From Candidatus Poseidoniaceae archaeon (GTDB taxonomy: Archaea > Thermoplasmatota > Poseidoniia > Poseidoniales > Poseidoniaceae): DNA of 64,000 bases. The stretch lies in assembly GCA_965662895.1 (NCBI GenBank), contig CBFIJH010000004.1, positions 1 through 64,000 on the forward strand. The letters run 5' to 3'. How positions within the stretch are numbered: position 1 is the first letter of the stretch; each line of letters opens with the position of its first letter. Made by a program: the position numbers and the translations under genes. Below, one piece after another: positions 1 through 9,395 of this stretch. The notes beneath the pieces were generated by a model, which made no database searches, was not told where the DNA came from, and saw only the letters and a program-made list of their open reading frames with translations.

Positions 1-100
1 CGGCTTCCGCAGAAAACCACCTCCCCGAGGGATGATTCTCCTCAGCCCTTCCCCCGACAGCAGTTGCCGAGGTGCTAAGCAACCTTCCGACCTACCTCAC
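1..100 (-). ncRNA. Probable 5' portion of archaeal signal recognition particle (7S/SRP) RNA, truncated by the window edge
   Basis: GC-rich non-coding stretch. The minus strand reads GTGAGGTAGGTCGGAAGG...GGGGGAAGGGCTGAGG...TCCCTCGGGGAGGTGG, resembling the 5' Alu/helix 5 part of archaeal SRP RNAs as I recall them. The diagnostic helix 8 would lie outside the window, so this is unconfirmed. Confidence 0.45.
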
Positions 101-160
101 GTATATGAAGAAATCGGATGATTACTTGCCTCAAGAATGGAGCATGAGGCGGTAATTTCA

Positions 161-1426
161 TCACAAAGAAGGCAACTTTAGAAGGTTTTGAGAGACCAAA
201 GGCTCGCCTTGGACTGCCGCCAAAAGGCTTTTCGCTTCCCCATATTGACCAAGTTGCGCTAGAATTGCGGCGTGAAGATTCAGGAATTGCGTGGTTGATG
301 TATTGGAATCTGGAACCATTTCCATAAGGCTCAGTGCCTTTTCCTCCCGGCCGCTAAGATACAAGGCTTGGGCGAGATTGTACAAAGGTTCAGTCCCATC
401 TGGTTTCGCACGAACAGCTTCTCGCAAAGAAAGAATTGCAGCCTCGAACTGTGTGGCGGCATTGGATACATCGACTGGATCAGGTGATTTTTGCATCGAG
501 GTAGCGACTTGGAGAAGAGAGATTCCGTAATTGTTCATTGCCCCAACATCTTGAGGAGCATTCGCTAAGACTCGCTGGAAGGAGCGTGCGGCTCCTCTCC
601 AATCACCACGCCCAATGGCCATGAAGCCATCTTCCACAAGTGATTTGATTTCTGCTGAACTTGAGGCTTGGACGGTCATTGCTTGCGCAGGATGAAGGTC
701 AAAGGGTGTGAACGTTTTTTCTGCGTATTCAACCACTTGAGGTTGTGCGTATGCATTGTCTTCCCCGTGATCGACATGGACAATGGTATCCTCGAGATCA
801 GAAAATACAACCTCAACGACATCATCATCGGCTGAGAATACATCTGTATTGACATTCATATCAACGGGGATTTCTAATGGCGTTTGTTGAATTGAGGGCG
901 CACTCTCCAATGGAATGGCTTGAATTCGAATTGGTTCTGGTTTTGCTTCGATTTCCTGTAATGGTTCATCCTCTACAGGTAGCATTGGAACCTCGAGTGA
1001 TGGTTCGATGACCTCTTCCTGTTGAGAATGCACTTCAGAGTCAAAATTAACATTTCCAGATTCAGGAGGCCCCTGTTGGTCCGATTGATTGTCAACCAAT
1101 TGAGGATTGGGTCCAACAACGTCGAATGGGATGCCTTCGCGATGGCTACCGATGCCAAAGGGTAGGCGTGAGACATTGGTTAGCGACTCACCTCCAAATC
1201 CAAATGGAAGTGACGTCGATTCATTTTCCTCCGGACTATCTTCTGGCCGTTCAATACCCTCAAGATCGTACCACGCTTCTGCCGCTTCGTCAAGTCCGGG
1301 GACTTCGGAAGGAAGAACCATACCAGCATCCTGAAAATCGCCGGGACCTTTTCTTATCTGGGAACCACATGCAGGACACGAACCTCCAGCGAGGTAAAGG
1401 ATTCCGCAAACTCCGCACTCGTTCAT
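161..1426 (-). CDS. Zinc-ribbon / acidic linker / TPR protein
   Basis: N-terminal CGVC...CPAC, a long acidic Pro-rich linker, and C-terminal TPR-like helices (AMNNYGISLL, PLYNLAQALY). Confidence 0.75.
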   Translation of the reverse strand: MNECGVCGILYLAGGSCPACGSQIRKGPGDFQDAGMVLPSEVPGLDEAAEAWYDLEGIERPEDSPEENESTSLPFGFGGESLTNVSRLPFGIGSHREGIPFDVVGPNPQLVDNQSDQQGPPESGNVNFDSEVHSQQEEVIEPSLEVPMLPVEDEPLQEIEAKPEPIRIQAIPLESAPSIQQTPLEIPVDMNVNTDVFSADDDVVEVVFSDLEDTIVHVDHGEDNAYAQPQVVEYAEKTFTPFDLHPAQAMTVQASSSAEIKSLVEDGFMAIGRGDWRGAARSFQRVLANAPQDVGAMNNYGISLLQVATSMQKSPDPVDVSNAATQFEAAILSLREAVRAKPDGTEPLYNLAQALYLSGREEKALSLMEMVPDSNTSTTQFLNLHAAILAQLGQYGEAKSLLAAVQGEPLVSQNLLKLPSL

Positions 1427-1481
1427 AGTGACCCTTCTGTCCCTTTGACTTCAGGTTCTTCAATCCAGCGCTATTCTGTAT

Positions 1482-3209
1482 CTACTCTTCACCGTCGGCG
1501 ATAGTATCCTTCTTGCCACCGGAAATAACGACGGACTTAATGGCAGAAATGATTTCTTCAGCATCATCATCAACCAAGGCTTCTGCTGGTGATTTGCCTT
1601 TTGCTCGACCCCTTGAATACTGAGCAATGATTCCAATTAAAGCGATACCTACGAGAGCAAGTTTCCAAGTGGTTCCTCCGTCTTCTCCGCCTACGACGTA
1701 CACCAGAAGCATGTAGAATGTAACAATGAGCGTGCTCAAAATCATAACTGGGAATCCTGCTCGAAAGAATTCGTTGAACGATATTGGATAGCCCGCCTCC
1801 TCAGACAACCCTGCAGTGACCACATTCGCAGAGGCCCCAATAAGCGTCCCATTTCCACCAAGGCAAGCACCAAAGGCAAGTGCCCAAATCAATGGCCCGA
1901 GATCGAGATTCAACTCAACTGAGAGCGAAAGCACGATTGGAATCATCGTTGCAGTATACGGGATGTTGTCAATGAAGGCGGATGCAATTGCAGAAACCCA
2001 TAAAATAATGACAACAGCGGCTGCCATTCGGTATTCTTCGCTAAAGGCTTCGATTCCTTTCTGGACATAACTTCCAATGTAATCAATGACGTCCATGTAT
2101 TGCAAGGAATGGACAAGAACAAACAGTCCAGCGAAGAAGAGCAATGTCGTCCATTCAACGTGTTCCAGTGGTTCTTCAAGTTCATGTGGGTTGGTCGCAA
2201 GGAGCATAACAACGGCTCCTGCAAGTGCAACCCACGAAACTGCGATGTGAACAACCGGATGGAGGAAAAACCCGATGATAACCAAGCAAAGAATCGTTCC
2301 GCTAATCTTGAGCCCCTTTACGTCCTTGATAGCGTATTGACGCTCAAGTTCAGTAATATCTCGGTCTCTTCGCCCGCTAAATTCGTCCTTGTAAAGCCAA
2401 CGAATCAGCATGAAGGAAGGAACAACTGTGAGAAGAATACCCGGTGCCATTTCAATGATAAAATCATTGAATGTAACGCCCTCAGATGCCAGTGCAGCAA
2501 TATCTGCATCGCTGTTCCCTTCGATCGCTGATGGTGACATAGCCGAACCGATCATGATGTTTGGAGGGTCACCAATCATTGTTGCAGCTCCACCAATGTT
2601 GGAAAAGATAACCTCAGAGATGAGAATAGGTATCGGTTTTATGTCCAATACTTTCGCAATCTGGATGGTGACTGGGGTTAGAAGAAGCATGGTTGTAACA
2701 TTGTCCAGGAACGCTGACAATACTGCGGTGACTGCACACAGAATGACGACCAGCGTCCATATCTCTCCGCCGCTTTTCTTGTAAGCCTGCACTGCAAACC
2801 ATTCGAAAACGCCAGTGTGGGAAATGACTCCAACCATGACCATCATTCCGAGCAGCAATCCAATGGTCTCCCAATCGATCATTGTTGTGACGGCTTTGAG
2901 GCTGAGTGTATCTTCAACCGAGTAGAAATTGAGAGCAACGACTGCAAGCAAACCACCAAGCGCAGCGGCAAGAGTTCGGTGAACAACTTCAGTGATGATC
3001 AGCGCATAAACGAACAATAAGATCCCAAGTCCGACAAAGACCGCTTGGTTTTCCAATCCATCCTTCACATGGATTTCGAGGTGAATACCGTCTCCACCAC
3101 CTGCTGCGAAACCACTCTGCATGAAATACATCGTTCCAACAACAATCAGCGAAAGGAGCGAGATAAGTTGTGCTGGATGTCGTCGTGTGAAAAGTAGACT
3201 ACCGCCCAT
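1482..3209 (-). CDS. ArsB/NhaD (P-protein-like) ion transporter
   Basis: Many TM helices with family motifs SAFLDNVTT, GGAATMIGDPPN, SAFIDNIP and GGNGTLIGASANVV. Confidence 0.85.
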   Translation of the reverse strand: MGGSLLFTRRHPAQLISLLSLIVVGTMYFMQSGFAAGGGDGIHLEIHVKDGLENQAVFVGLGILLFVYALIITEVVHRTLAAALGGLLAVVALNFYSVEDTLSLKAVTTMIDWETIGLLLGMMVMVGVISHTGVFEWFAVQAYKKSGGEIWTLVVILCAVTAVLSAFLDNVTTMLLLTPVTIQIAKVLDIKPIPILISEVIFSNIGGAATMIGDPPNIMIGSAMSPSAIEGNSDADIAALASEGVTFNDFIIEMAPGILLTVVPSFMLIRWLYKDEFSGRRDRDITELERQYAIKDVKGLKISGTILCLVIIGFFLHPVVHIAVSWVALAGAVVMLLATNPHELEEPLEHVEWTTLLFFAGLFVLVHSLQYMDVIDYIGSYVQKGIEAFSEEYRMAAAVVIILWVSAIASAFIDNIPYTATMIPIVLSLSVELNLDLGPLIWALAFGACLGGNGTLIGASANVVTAGLSEEAGYPISFNEFFRAGFPVMILSTLIVTFYMLLVYVVGGEDGGTTWKLALVGIALIGIIAQYSRGRAKGKSPAEALVDDDAEEIISAIKSVVISGGKKDTIADGEE

Positions 3210-3257
3210 GTCTATTGGATTAACATGACCTTATTGAGCGTTGGGTTAATCGACATA

Positions 3258-3521
3258 TCAAATTCTCCAAAATACTGCGACATTTCCACGAGCGAATACA
3301 ACTTCACTTCTCGTTTTTTCAGCAAGGTGCGACCACACGTTTCGAAGGTCATCTCTTTCAAACAACCCTCTGTTGACTTTTGCTTTTACGAGCGAGCGGG
3401 ATGACAATTGACCATCCAGTTCAACGATGACAGCTTCTGTCAATCCAGACTTTCCGATTCGAATGGTTACGGGCAATGAAGTGTCTTTGGCTTGGCGTAA
3501 AACGGAAAGGGGGATCTTCAT
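3258..3521 (-). CDS. yhbY: YhbY/CRM-domain RNA-binding protein
   Basis: IRIGKSGLT...LVKAKV...RGNVAVFWR matches the CRM signature. It follows rnp4, as is usual in archaea. Start taken at ATG 3521. Confidence 0.85.
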   Translation of the reverse strand: MKIPLSVLRQAKDTSLPVTIRIGKSGLTEAVIVELDGQLSSRSLVKAKVNRGLFERDDLRNVWSHLAEKTRSEVVFARGNVAVFWRI

Positions 3522-3850
3522 TGTGAAACCCCCTTCGCGGATTTGTACGGTACTCTTCGAACGTAGCCGCATTCAAGGCATTGATGGATTCGTACACCGG
3601 CTCGTAAACGTACACGTACGGTTGAACCGTGGACGAGTAATGTTGAACATTTGCGGCAAACGACTTCCTTTACCTCAGACGTGAACCGAAGCCGATGTTT
3701 TCGAGAGATTTTGAACATGTGACGGGCATAGAGACGTCGATGACTTAACGGGTGATCTTGAATGTTGTAGAGGAGCGAAAGTAAGGTGTTCCGTGAGGAG
3801 GTTGCGTATTCCTTGCGCCTCCCCTTTTGCCGTTGATGTCGACGACGCAT
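3518..3850 (-). CDS. rnp4: Ribonuclease P protein component 4 (Rpp21)
   Basis: CRKC...CLECG zinc ribbon, basic N-terminus and RRVPY end. Start at ATG 3850 behind a GAGGTGA SD. Confidence 0.85.
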   Translation of the reverse strand: MRRRHQRQKGRRKEYATSSRNTLLSLLYNIQDHPLSHRRLYARHMFKISRKHRLRFTSEVKEVVCRKCSTLLVHGSTVRVRLRAGVRIHQCLECGYVRRVPYKSAKGVSQ

Positions 3851-3860
3851 CCAACTCACC

Positions 3861-4487
3861 TCAATTGAGAGCCGCAAGCAAATCTGATGCAATGAGGTCG
3901 ATGTCCCGGTCCCCGTCAATTGTTCTGAAGAGTCCTGCATCTTTGTAGTAGGAAGCGAGGGGTGCGGTCTGCTCATGGTATGCTTTCAATCGAGCGATGA
4001 CTGTTTCCTCAGTATCATCAGCACGACGTTTTTCGACGAATGACCCGCAGGTGCAACCCGTCTCTGGAAGCGGATTGAAACGATCGTGGTAGACCACTCC
4101 ACAAGTTCCACAACTAAACCTTCCGCAAATCCGTTCAACAATTCGTTCATCCGGAACATCAATGGCCAAAACAATCGAGACATCAACAAACTCTGCGAGT
4201 GCTTCGGCTTGAGGAACGGTTCGAGGGAAACCATCAAACATGACGCCATCTTTTGCATCGTCCTGTTTCATTCGATCACGAATAAGGTCGATAATGACCT
4301 GGTCAGGAACAAGAGCACCTGCGTCCATGTATTTCTTCGCTTCAAGGCCCACTTCGGTTTTGGCTTTCACGGCAGAACGTAGCATGTCGCCTGTAGAAAC
4401 TTGAGGCAAACCTGTGGCATCCATCATCCGTTGGGCTTGCGTACCTTTTCCGGCTCCAGGAGGTCCAAACAACACAATGTTGAGCAT
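3861..4487 (-). CDS. adk: Adenylate kinase (bacterial-type with Cys-rich LID)
   Basis: GPPGAGKGTQA P-loop, STGDMLR, DGFPRT and RRADD motifs, plus CGTC...CTC LID. Confidence 0.95.
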   Translation of the reverse strand: MLNIVLFGPPGAGKGTQAQRMMDATGLPQVSTGDMLRSAVKAKTEVGLEAKKYMDAGALVPDQVIIDLIRDRMKQDDAKDGVMFDGFPRTVPQAEALAEFVDVSIVLAIDVPDERIVERICGRFSCGTCGVVYHDRFNPLPETGCTCGSFVEKRRADDTEETVIARLKAYHEQTAPLASYYKDAGLFRTIDGDRDIDLIASDLLAALN

Positions 4488-4520
4488 GGACCAACGTCCT
4501 GTATCATGCATTTGAACGTA

Positions 4521-7500
4521 TCACTTCAACCCCATGCGTTGCAAGTACTGTTCACCATAGTGGTTCCATTGCTCCATGGTCCAACCGGATGGCAAACCAC
4601 CGGGTGGTAGAGGAGGTCCACTTGGCAACGGAGGGATTTCTTTCAACGGGGCGGGAGGCTGTCCAAGTGGAGGCAAACCAGCTGGTGGCAGACCTTTTGG
4701 CGGCACGCCCGCTGGCGGCAAGCCTGCTGGTGGCAAACCGACTGGCGCAGGTGCTGTTGGCAGTTGAAGATCCATCGATTGAGCGAGAGCTGCAGCAATT
4801 TCATCCTGAGAAACTTCTCCTGAGGCGAGGTCATTGACCGAGTGACTGATGTCCAGAACCTCGTCTCTCCTTGTTCCGAGATGGTCGGGGTTTGTGTGGA
4901 TATTCGGCAAGACGATATCGGTTTCTGAGTCTGGGAGAGCTGCGGATGATTTCAAACGACGAGCTCCAACAATCACCAGAATCGCTACAGCAGCAAGAAG
5001 TGGATAAGCGATGTAAGGAGACATGTTCAACAATCCACCTGAAGATTGCTGAGCACTGACGCTTGTATCCGCAGAGAATGTCATGACAACCCCGGAATCG
5101 GATGTGAAGGTCAGCATCAACTTGAAACGACCGTCCGCTGCATCAGCATCAGGCTGAACTTCAACAACAAGCTCTTTTGATTCTCCGACGGCAAGATCAC
5201 TCACGGTTGAAGGAGAAACGGAAGCAGAGCGATCGGATAATACAGCGCCATCCGAATCCTGAACGCTAACCTGAAGCGTCCCACTTAACGGCGTATTGCC
5301 TTCATTCACAATCACGAAGGTTTGCTTCGCTGACCCGTCACGGGGTATAAACAACAGAGGTGCTGATGATGTATCCGTTGAAAAAGCGGCAAAGTCGCTC
5401 TGCGGAACTTCAATCCGTATCGTTAACTCTGTTGTTACGAATCGGCCGTTGCTGGTCCCGTTAACATAAACTGGTAAGTCGAATCCAAAAGACGCATCCG
5501 TTTGATTTGGTGGACGAACTGCAAGAATGACGTTTGCTTGCGAAAACACATCAATGCTCAACGGAGGATTCGCAAAATTCACGGTCCAACCATCCGGCAT
5601 AATTCCAACATTCCATTCGAGATCAAGTTCAGCATTTCCAGTGTTTGATACGGTGAAATCGACAAATGTAAAATTCTCACCAATTGGCGTGGATACAACC
5701 CCTTCATCAACTTGCATCAATTCGACATCCAGGTTGTCAGAAACAACGAGAGAAGTCGTGTTTGACGTGAAGTACTGTGCATTGTGCTCGACTCGAAGGG
5801 TGTAGGTGTTTGAGTTACCTTCTCGAGCAGTTTCGGGAATAAGGAGCATGATTTGTACATCTGCGGATTGACCTGCAGGAAGCGTTAGGGCAATGTTCGA
5901 AGAACTTGATTGATCGGAATACGTCATTTGGGCAGCCCATGCCGGATTACCACGCTCAAGAGCAACCGTGAAATCCATCTCAGTATTTCCCTCGTTTGAA
6001 ATGGTGTGGTTGTAGTAGACCACTTCCCCTGTGTTGGCAGATACTGGAGCTGCAAGCGCACCCGGACCGATGGCTCCATTTGGCCCGTACAAATCGGACC
6101 GGAACGATCGTAATTCTGCGACAGCAATGTCCACAACCTCAACATGGTTCAACAATGGGTCTGTCGGTGAGGTCACGACACATGTCACCTCATCGATGAA
6201 ACCTGCAGTGGGTTGCCCATCCGCAACACGCGGAACAAAGACGTTGACATCCATCGATAAATCTTGAAGGATGTTGAGAGGTTCAAATTCCCGTGATGAG
6301 GAGTTTGAGTTACCGAGCATAATTTGCCATTGGGAAGCGGAGGAGCAGCTCATTGTGTATTGCGCAGCAGAATTCCCTGTGTTTCGTACGCCGATGGAGA
6401 AACCTGTACTCTCGCCCGGTTGAGCTGAAACGCCGAGGGTTCCAGAAGGTACCACGTCGACGGAATCGACTTGATCGATTGTAAAAGTCAGACGTTGTGT
6501 GTGCGAAACTGTCGGTTGATTTTGATACCGTGCGGTCACGTCGACAACGAAGGTTCCAGCGCGAGCATATCGCTTTGTTGAACCATCAAGCGATGCAGAC
6601 TGATCTTCCAAATCGAGCGTTAGATGAACTGTATCGTTCTCAGTGCCTTGACCGCTTAGCGTGAATGGACCAGAGGAATTCACTGTTTTTGACCATTGAT
6701 CTTCAGGACTGTTCAGGATGGCGGGGTAGATCAAATCCGGTTCCTGAACACTAGAAACCGTCAGGCTTACTGGCCGCTCTCCCGTACCTTCGTGGACGAC
6801 CACAAAGGGCAACGACAACCCAGTTTCATTTCGAACATCCATCACGACATTGGCAGCAAGTTCACGATCTTGCGTTGACTGTGGAATCATTCCATCATCG
6901 TCAAGGAAAATAACGCGCAACCCTTGAGCAGTAACTTCGACATCAAGTTCGAGGACATTGTTGTTCGTACCGGAGACACCGTCGTTTAGTTCAACAACTT
7001 GGTTGTTCGTGTCCAAGGAAAGTCGAAGTGTATGGGTTCCAGTTGAACTAAATTGTGCGAAGAACGAAATCGAGTCAAGTTCACCTCCATCCAGAGATGA
7101 GCGATCTGACTCGAAGAGGGTTGTACCTTCTGTTACATCCTCAAGTTGTATTTTGTATGGGCCTGAAGCAAGTGTTCCTTGGTTGTGCCACGCCAGGGAA
7201 ACGGAAACAAGGTCGCCAACAAGTGGTGTGAAAGAGGACGGCAGGATACTGTTGGCAAAGGTCGTTAAATCGGCCTTCGGAATCAATGTAGCGTCAGCTG
7301 CAAGGACGAGACTGAATCGTTGAGCCCCACCTCCTCTCTGTTCGACCTTGACCATCCATTCGCCCGATTGGCTGCTGGTTCCCGACAGCAGGCGTATACG
7401 CTCGATGTTGTTCAAGTCGTCTGCTTGACCGCCTGATACGGATTGCCCGTTTGCAAAGTTGTTTCCACGATATGTTGTTCCATCGGGAGCCAACAAGACC

Positions 7501-9350
7501 AAGTCGAGGTCGTTCAGCAATCTTGATTCGGTTTGAGGTGCATTTGCGCTTCCTTCCTCATCGCTCCATGCGAGTGTCAAATCGATACCTTTTGAAGCAT
7601 CCAAATCAAACGAATAGAGCAGTGAAAAACCAGGTTGCAACTCTCTTGAATCGTCATGGAACACATCCAGTGTCGTCCCACTATGGGTGGGGTTGAGGCT
7701 GTTTTCGAGGTCGATTTGACCCCATCCTTCGTTCATATTCGGAATGTTTGGCGTGCCCAAATCTTCTGCTCCATTCACCAAAGTTGCCTTGATTAGGCTG
7801 GCTGAAGGTTTGTTGATTCCTGCAACTTCTCGAAGGTATTCTCGGGCCAATGCAGCGGAGCCACCAGCAACGGCGGTGGCTTGTGAAGTTCCACTAAGTT
7901 CCATGTACATCGACCTTGAATTGCTATGGGTTCCCGTAGCACAAACGGTTCCAACAACGCTGTTTGCTTCCTCGGCTCGAGCCGAACAGATTCCTTCACC
8001 CGGGGCGACCAAATCCGGTTTGATTCGCCCGTCCAAAGCCGGACCTTGTGAGGATGATGAACTGACGCTTCCATTGTTGCTTGAACCAATGGCTAACACG
8101 TTCTTTGCCGTTGCTGGAGCCGTGATCTGGGAAGCACCGTTTGCTCCGTTGTCACCGACTGAGAAGATTGGTAGAAGATACTGATTGTTGAAGACATATT
8201 TGTCCGCAGAACGCGAATCTGCTGTGTAGTGGCCGTAGTTACCATTCGAACCCCAAGCGTTGACGGCTATTCGGGCCGTCTTGAGTTCAGCGTCAGAGAA
8301 AATGTCGTAAATTGAACCTTGGCGACCGAAATAACCTGTTGGATCGTGCTCGAGCGCATACATCACTAGGTTCGCATCGGGAGCAATGCCTGTTGTTGAT
8401 GCGTCACCACTCCCATCCCCAAGGACAGTCATAGCAACGTGTGTGCCATGACCGCTGTTGCTGTCCATTGGTGAAGAATCAAGCCCAAATTGGGTGTTGA
8501 TTGTTGCCACTCTTCCAAGTAGATCAGGGTGGTTGTCATCAATTCCAGTATCGGTGACAGCAATGGTCTCACCTGAACCGTTGAGTCCGAGGGATGAAGA
8601 CGGTCGGATGGCGACGGCTCCTACGACTGTAGCAGCGTCATTGTTGTGGAGAGAGAGTTCGTGGGTTGGTTGAACAAAAAGAACGTGCTCATTCGAAGCA
8701 ATGGGATGAAGTTGTTCGGATGTGAGACCCGATTCATACCAAGCCTCGCACATGTCCATGGAACACCACGCGGAGACAGCACCTTCCCGCAGGATTGTCG
8801 TCGTTAAATCCGAAATCGTTGATGCATCCACATCACTGGATAGGCTAAATTGGAGACCGTGAGAGCCAACAACATCGTTACCGATTCGCATAAATGGTTC
8901 ATATGAACCAACCCATCGGACCTCGTCCAGCGCTCGTATCGATTGAGTTTGTGAAAGGTCGTTCGTTCGAATCAGATACACGCCAGGGCTGTGGCGCTCG
9001 AGCACTTGAATATCAAAGGAATCAACCAATTTGTCCATGATTCGACCATCGTCCGTATACAACTGAATCATCTGAAGCGATGTTGAACCCTTTAACTGCC
9101 AACCAGAATGGACGGATTCCATATCCGTGACGATGGGATCGAACGATAGACGAGCGAGGTGAATAACAGAATCGACAGCATCCAGCGAAATGGCATGTTT
9201 TGAAACAGGTTCTGTTGACTGCCATGTCGTCTCAACATCGTCAGGCACAATGTTCGATTCAGTGGACAAGGGTGCTGATGAAACCAGCGGCAAAGCCAGT
9301 GAAAAGAGGAAAGTCAACAACAGGAAAAAACACCTGCGGCCTTGTTGCAT
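4521..9350 (-). CDS. Membrane-anchored S8 (KP-43-like) serine protease with CARDB/Ig-like repeats and Pro/Trp-rich cytoplasmic tail
   Basis: Signal peptide; triad DTG / HGTHVA / GTSQA; GRIKPDLVAPG and PSASLIKATLVNGA; NxGN Ig-like repeats; C-terminal TM helix followed by a Pro-rich tail. Confidence 0.9.
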   Translation of the reverse strand: MQQGRRCFFLLLTFLFSLALPLVSSAPLSTESNIVPDDVETTWQSTEPVSKHAISLDAVDSVIHLARLSFDPIVTDMESVHSGWQLKGSTSLQMIQLYTDDGRIMDKLVDSFDIQVLERHSPGVYLIRTNDLSQTQSIRALDEVRWVGSYEPFMRIGNDVVGSHGLQFSLSSDVDASTISDLTTTILREGAVSAWCSMDMCEAWYESGLTSEQLHPIASNEHVLFVQPTHELSLHNNDAATVVGAVAIRPSSSLGLNGSGETIAVTDTGIDDNHPDLLGRVATINTQFGLDSSPMDSNSGHGTHVAMTVLGDGSGDASTTGIAPDANLVMYALEHDPTGYFGRQGSIYDIFSDAELKTARIAVNAWGSNGNYGHYTADSRSADKYVFNNQYLLPIFSVGDNGANGASQITAPATAKNVLAIGSSNNGSVSSSSSQGPALDGRIKPDLVAPGEGICSARAEEANSVVGTVCATGTHSNSRSMYMELSGTSQATAVAGGSAALAREYLREVAGINKPSASLIKATLVNGAEDLGTPNIPNMNEGWGQIDLENSLNPTHSGTTLDVFHDDSRELQPGFSLLYSFDLDASKGIDLTLAWSDEEGSANAPQTESRLLNDLDLVLLAPDGTTYRGNNFANGQSVSGGQADDLNNIERIRLLSGTSSQSGEWMVKVEQRGGGAQRFSLVLAADATLIPKADLTTFANSILPSSFTPLVGDLVSVSLAWHNQGTLASGPYKIQLEDVTEGTTLFESDRSSLDGGELDSISFFAQFSSTGTHTLRLSLDTNNQVVELNDGVSGTNNNVLELDVEVTAQGLRVIFLDDDGMIPQSTQDRELAANVVMDVRNETGLSLPFVVVHEGTGERPVSLTVSSVQEPDLIYPAILNSPEDQWSKTVNSSGPFTLSGQGTENDTVHLTLDLEDQSASLDGSTKRYARAGTFVVDVTARYQNQPTVSHTQRLTFTIDQVDSVDVVPSGTLGVSAQPGESTGFSIGVRNTGNSAAQYTMSCSSASQWQIMLGNSNSSSREFEPLNILQDLSMDVNVFVPRVADGQPTAGFIDEVTCVVTSPTDPLLNHVEVVDIAVAELRSFRSDLYGPNGAIGPGALAAPVSANTGEVVYYNHTISNEGNTEMDFTVALERGNPAWAAQMTYSDQSSSSNIALTLPAGQSADVQIMLLIPETAREGNSNTYTLRVEHNAQYFTSNTTSLVVSDNLDVELMQVDEGVVSTPIGENFTFVDFTVSNTGNAELDLEWNVGIMPDGWTVNFANPPLSIDVFSQANVILAVRPPNQTDASFGFDLPVYVNGTSNGRFVTTELTIRIEVPQSDFAAFSTDTSSAPLLFIPRDGSAKQTFVIVNEGNTPLSGTLQVSVQDSDGAVLSDRSASVSPSTVSDLAVGESKELVVEVQPDADAADGRFKLMLTFTSDSGVVMTFSADTSVSAQQSSGGLLNMSPYIAYPLLAAVAILVIVGARRLKSSAALPDSETDIVLPNIHTNPDHLGTRRDEVLDISHSVNDLASGEVSQDEIAAALAQSMDLQLPTAPAPVGLPPAGLPPAGVPPKGLPPAGLPPLGQPPAPLKEIPPLPSGPPLPPGGLPSGWTMEQWNHYGEQYLQRMGLK
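4655..4745 (-). repeat. Degenerate 15-nt coding tandem repeat (GLPPA)n
   Basis: Encodes PVGLPPAGLPPAGVPPKGLPPAGLPPLGQPP in the protease tail. Confidence 0.7.
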
Positions 9351-9395
9351 ACCAATGCGAATGCAGTTGGGTTTTTGAGGATGCGCCTATTTTGA

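Noticed and set aside
1-100. RNase P RNA
   Set aside because: Neither the GAGGAAAGTCC-like nor the ACAGAA..CGGC P4 consensus strand is present in the visible part.
4521-5040. PGF-CTERM/archaeosortase or PEP-CTERM signal on the anchored proteins
   Set aside because: No PGF or PEP motif precedes the TM helices, and the cytoplasmic tails are long rather than a short basic cluster.
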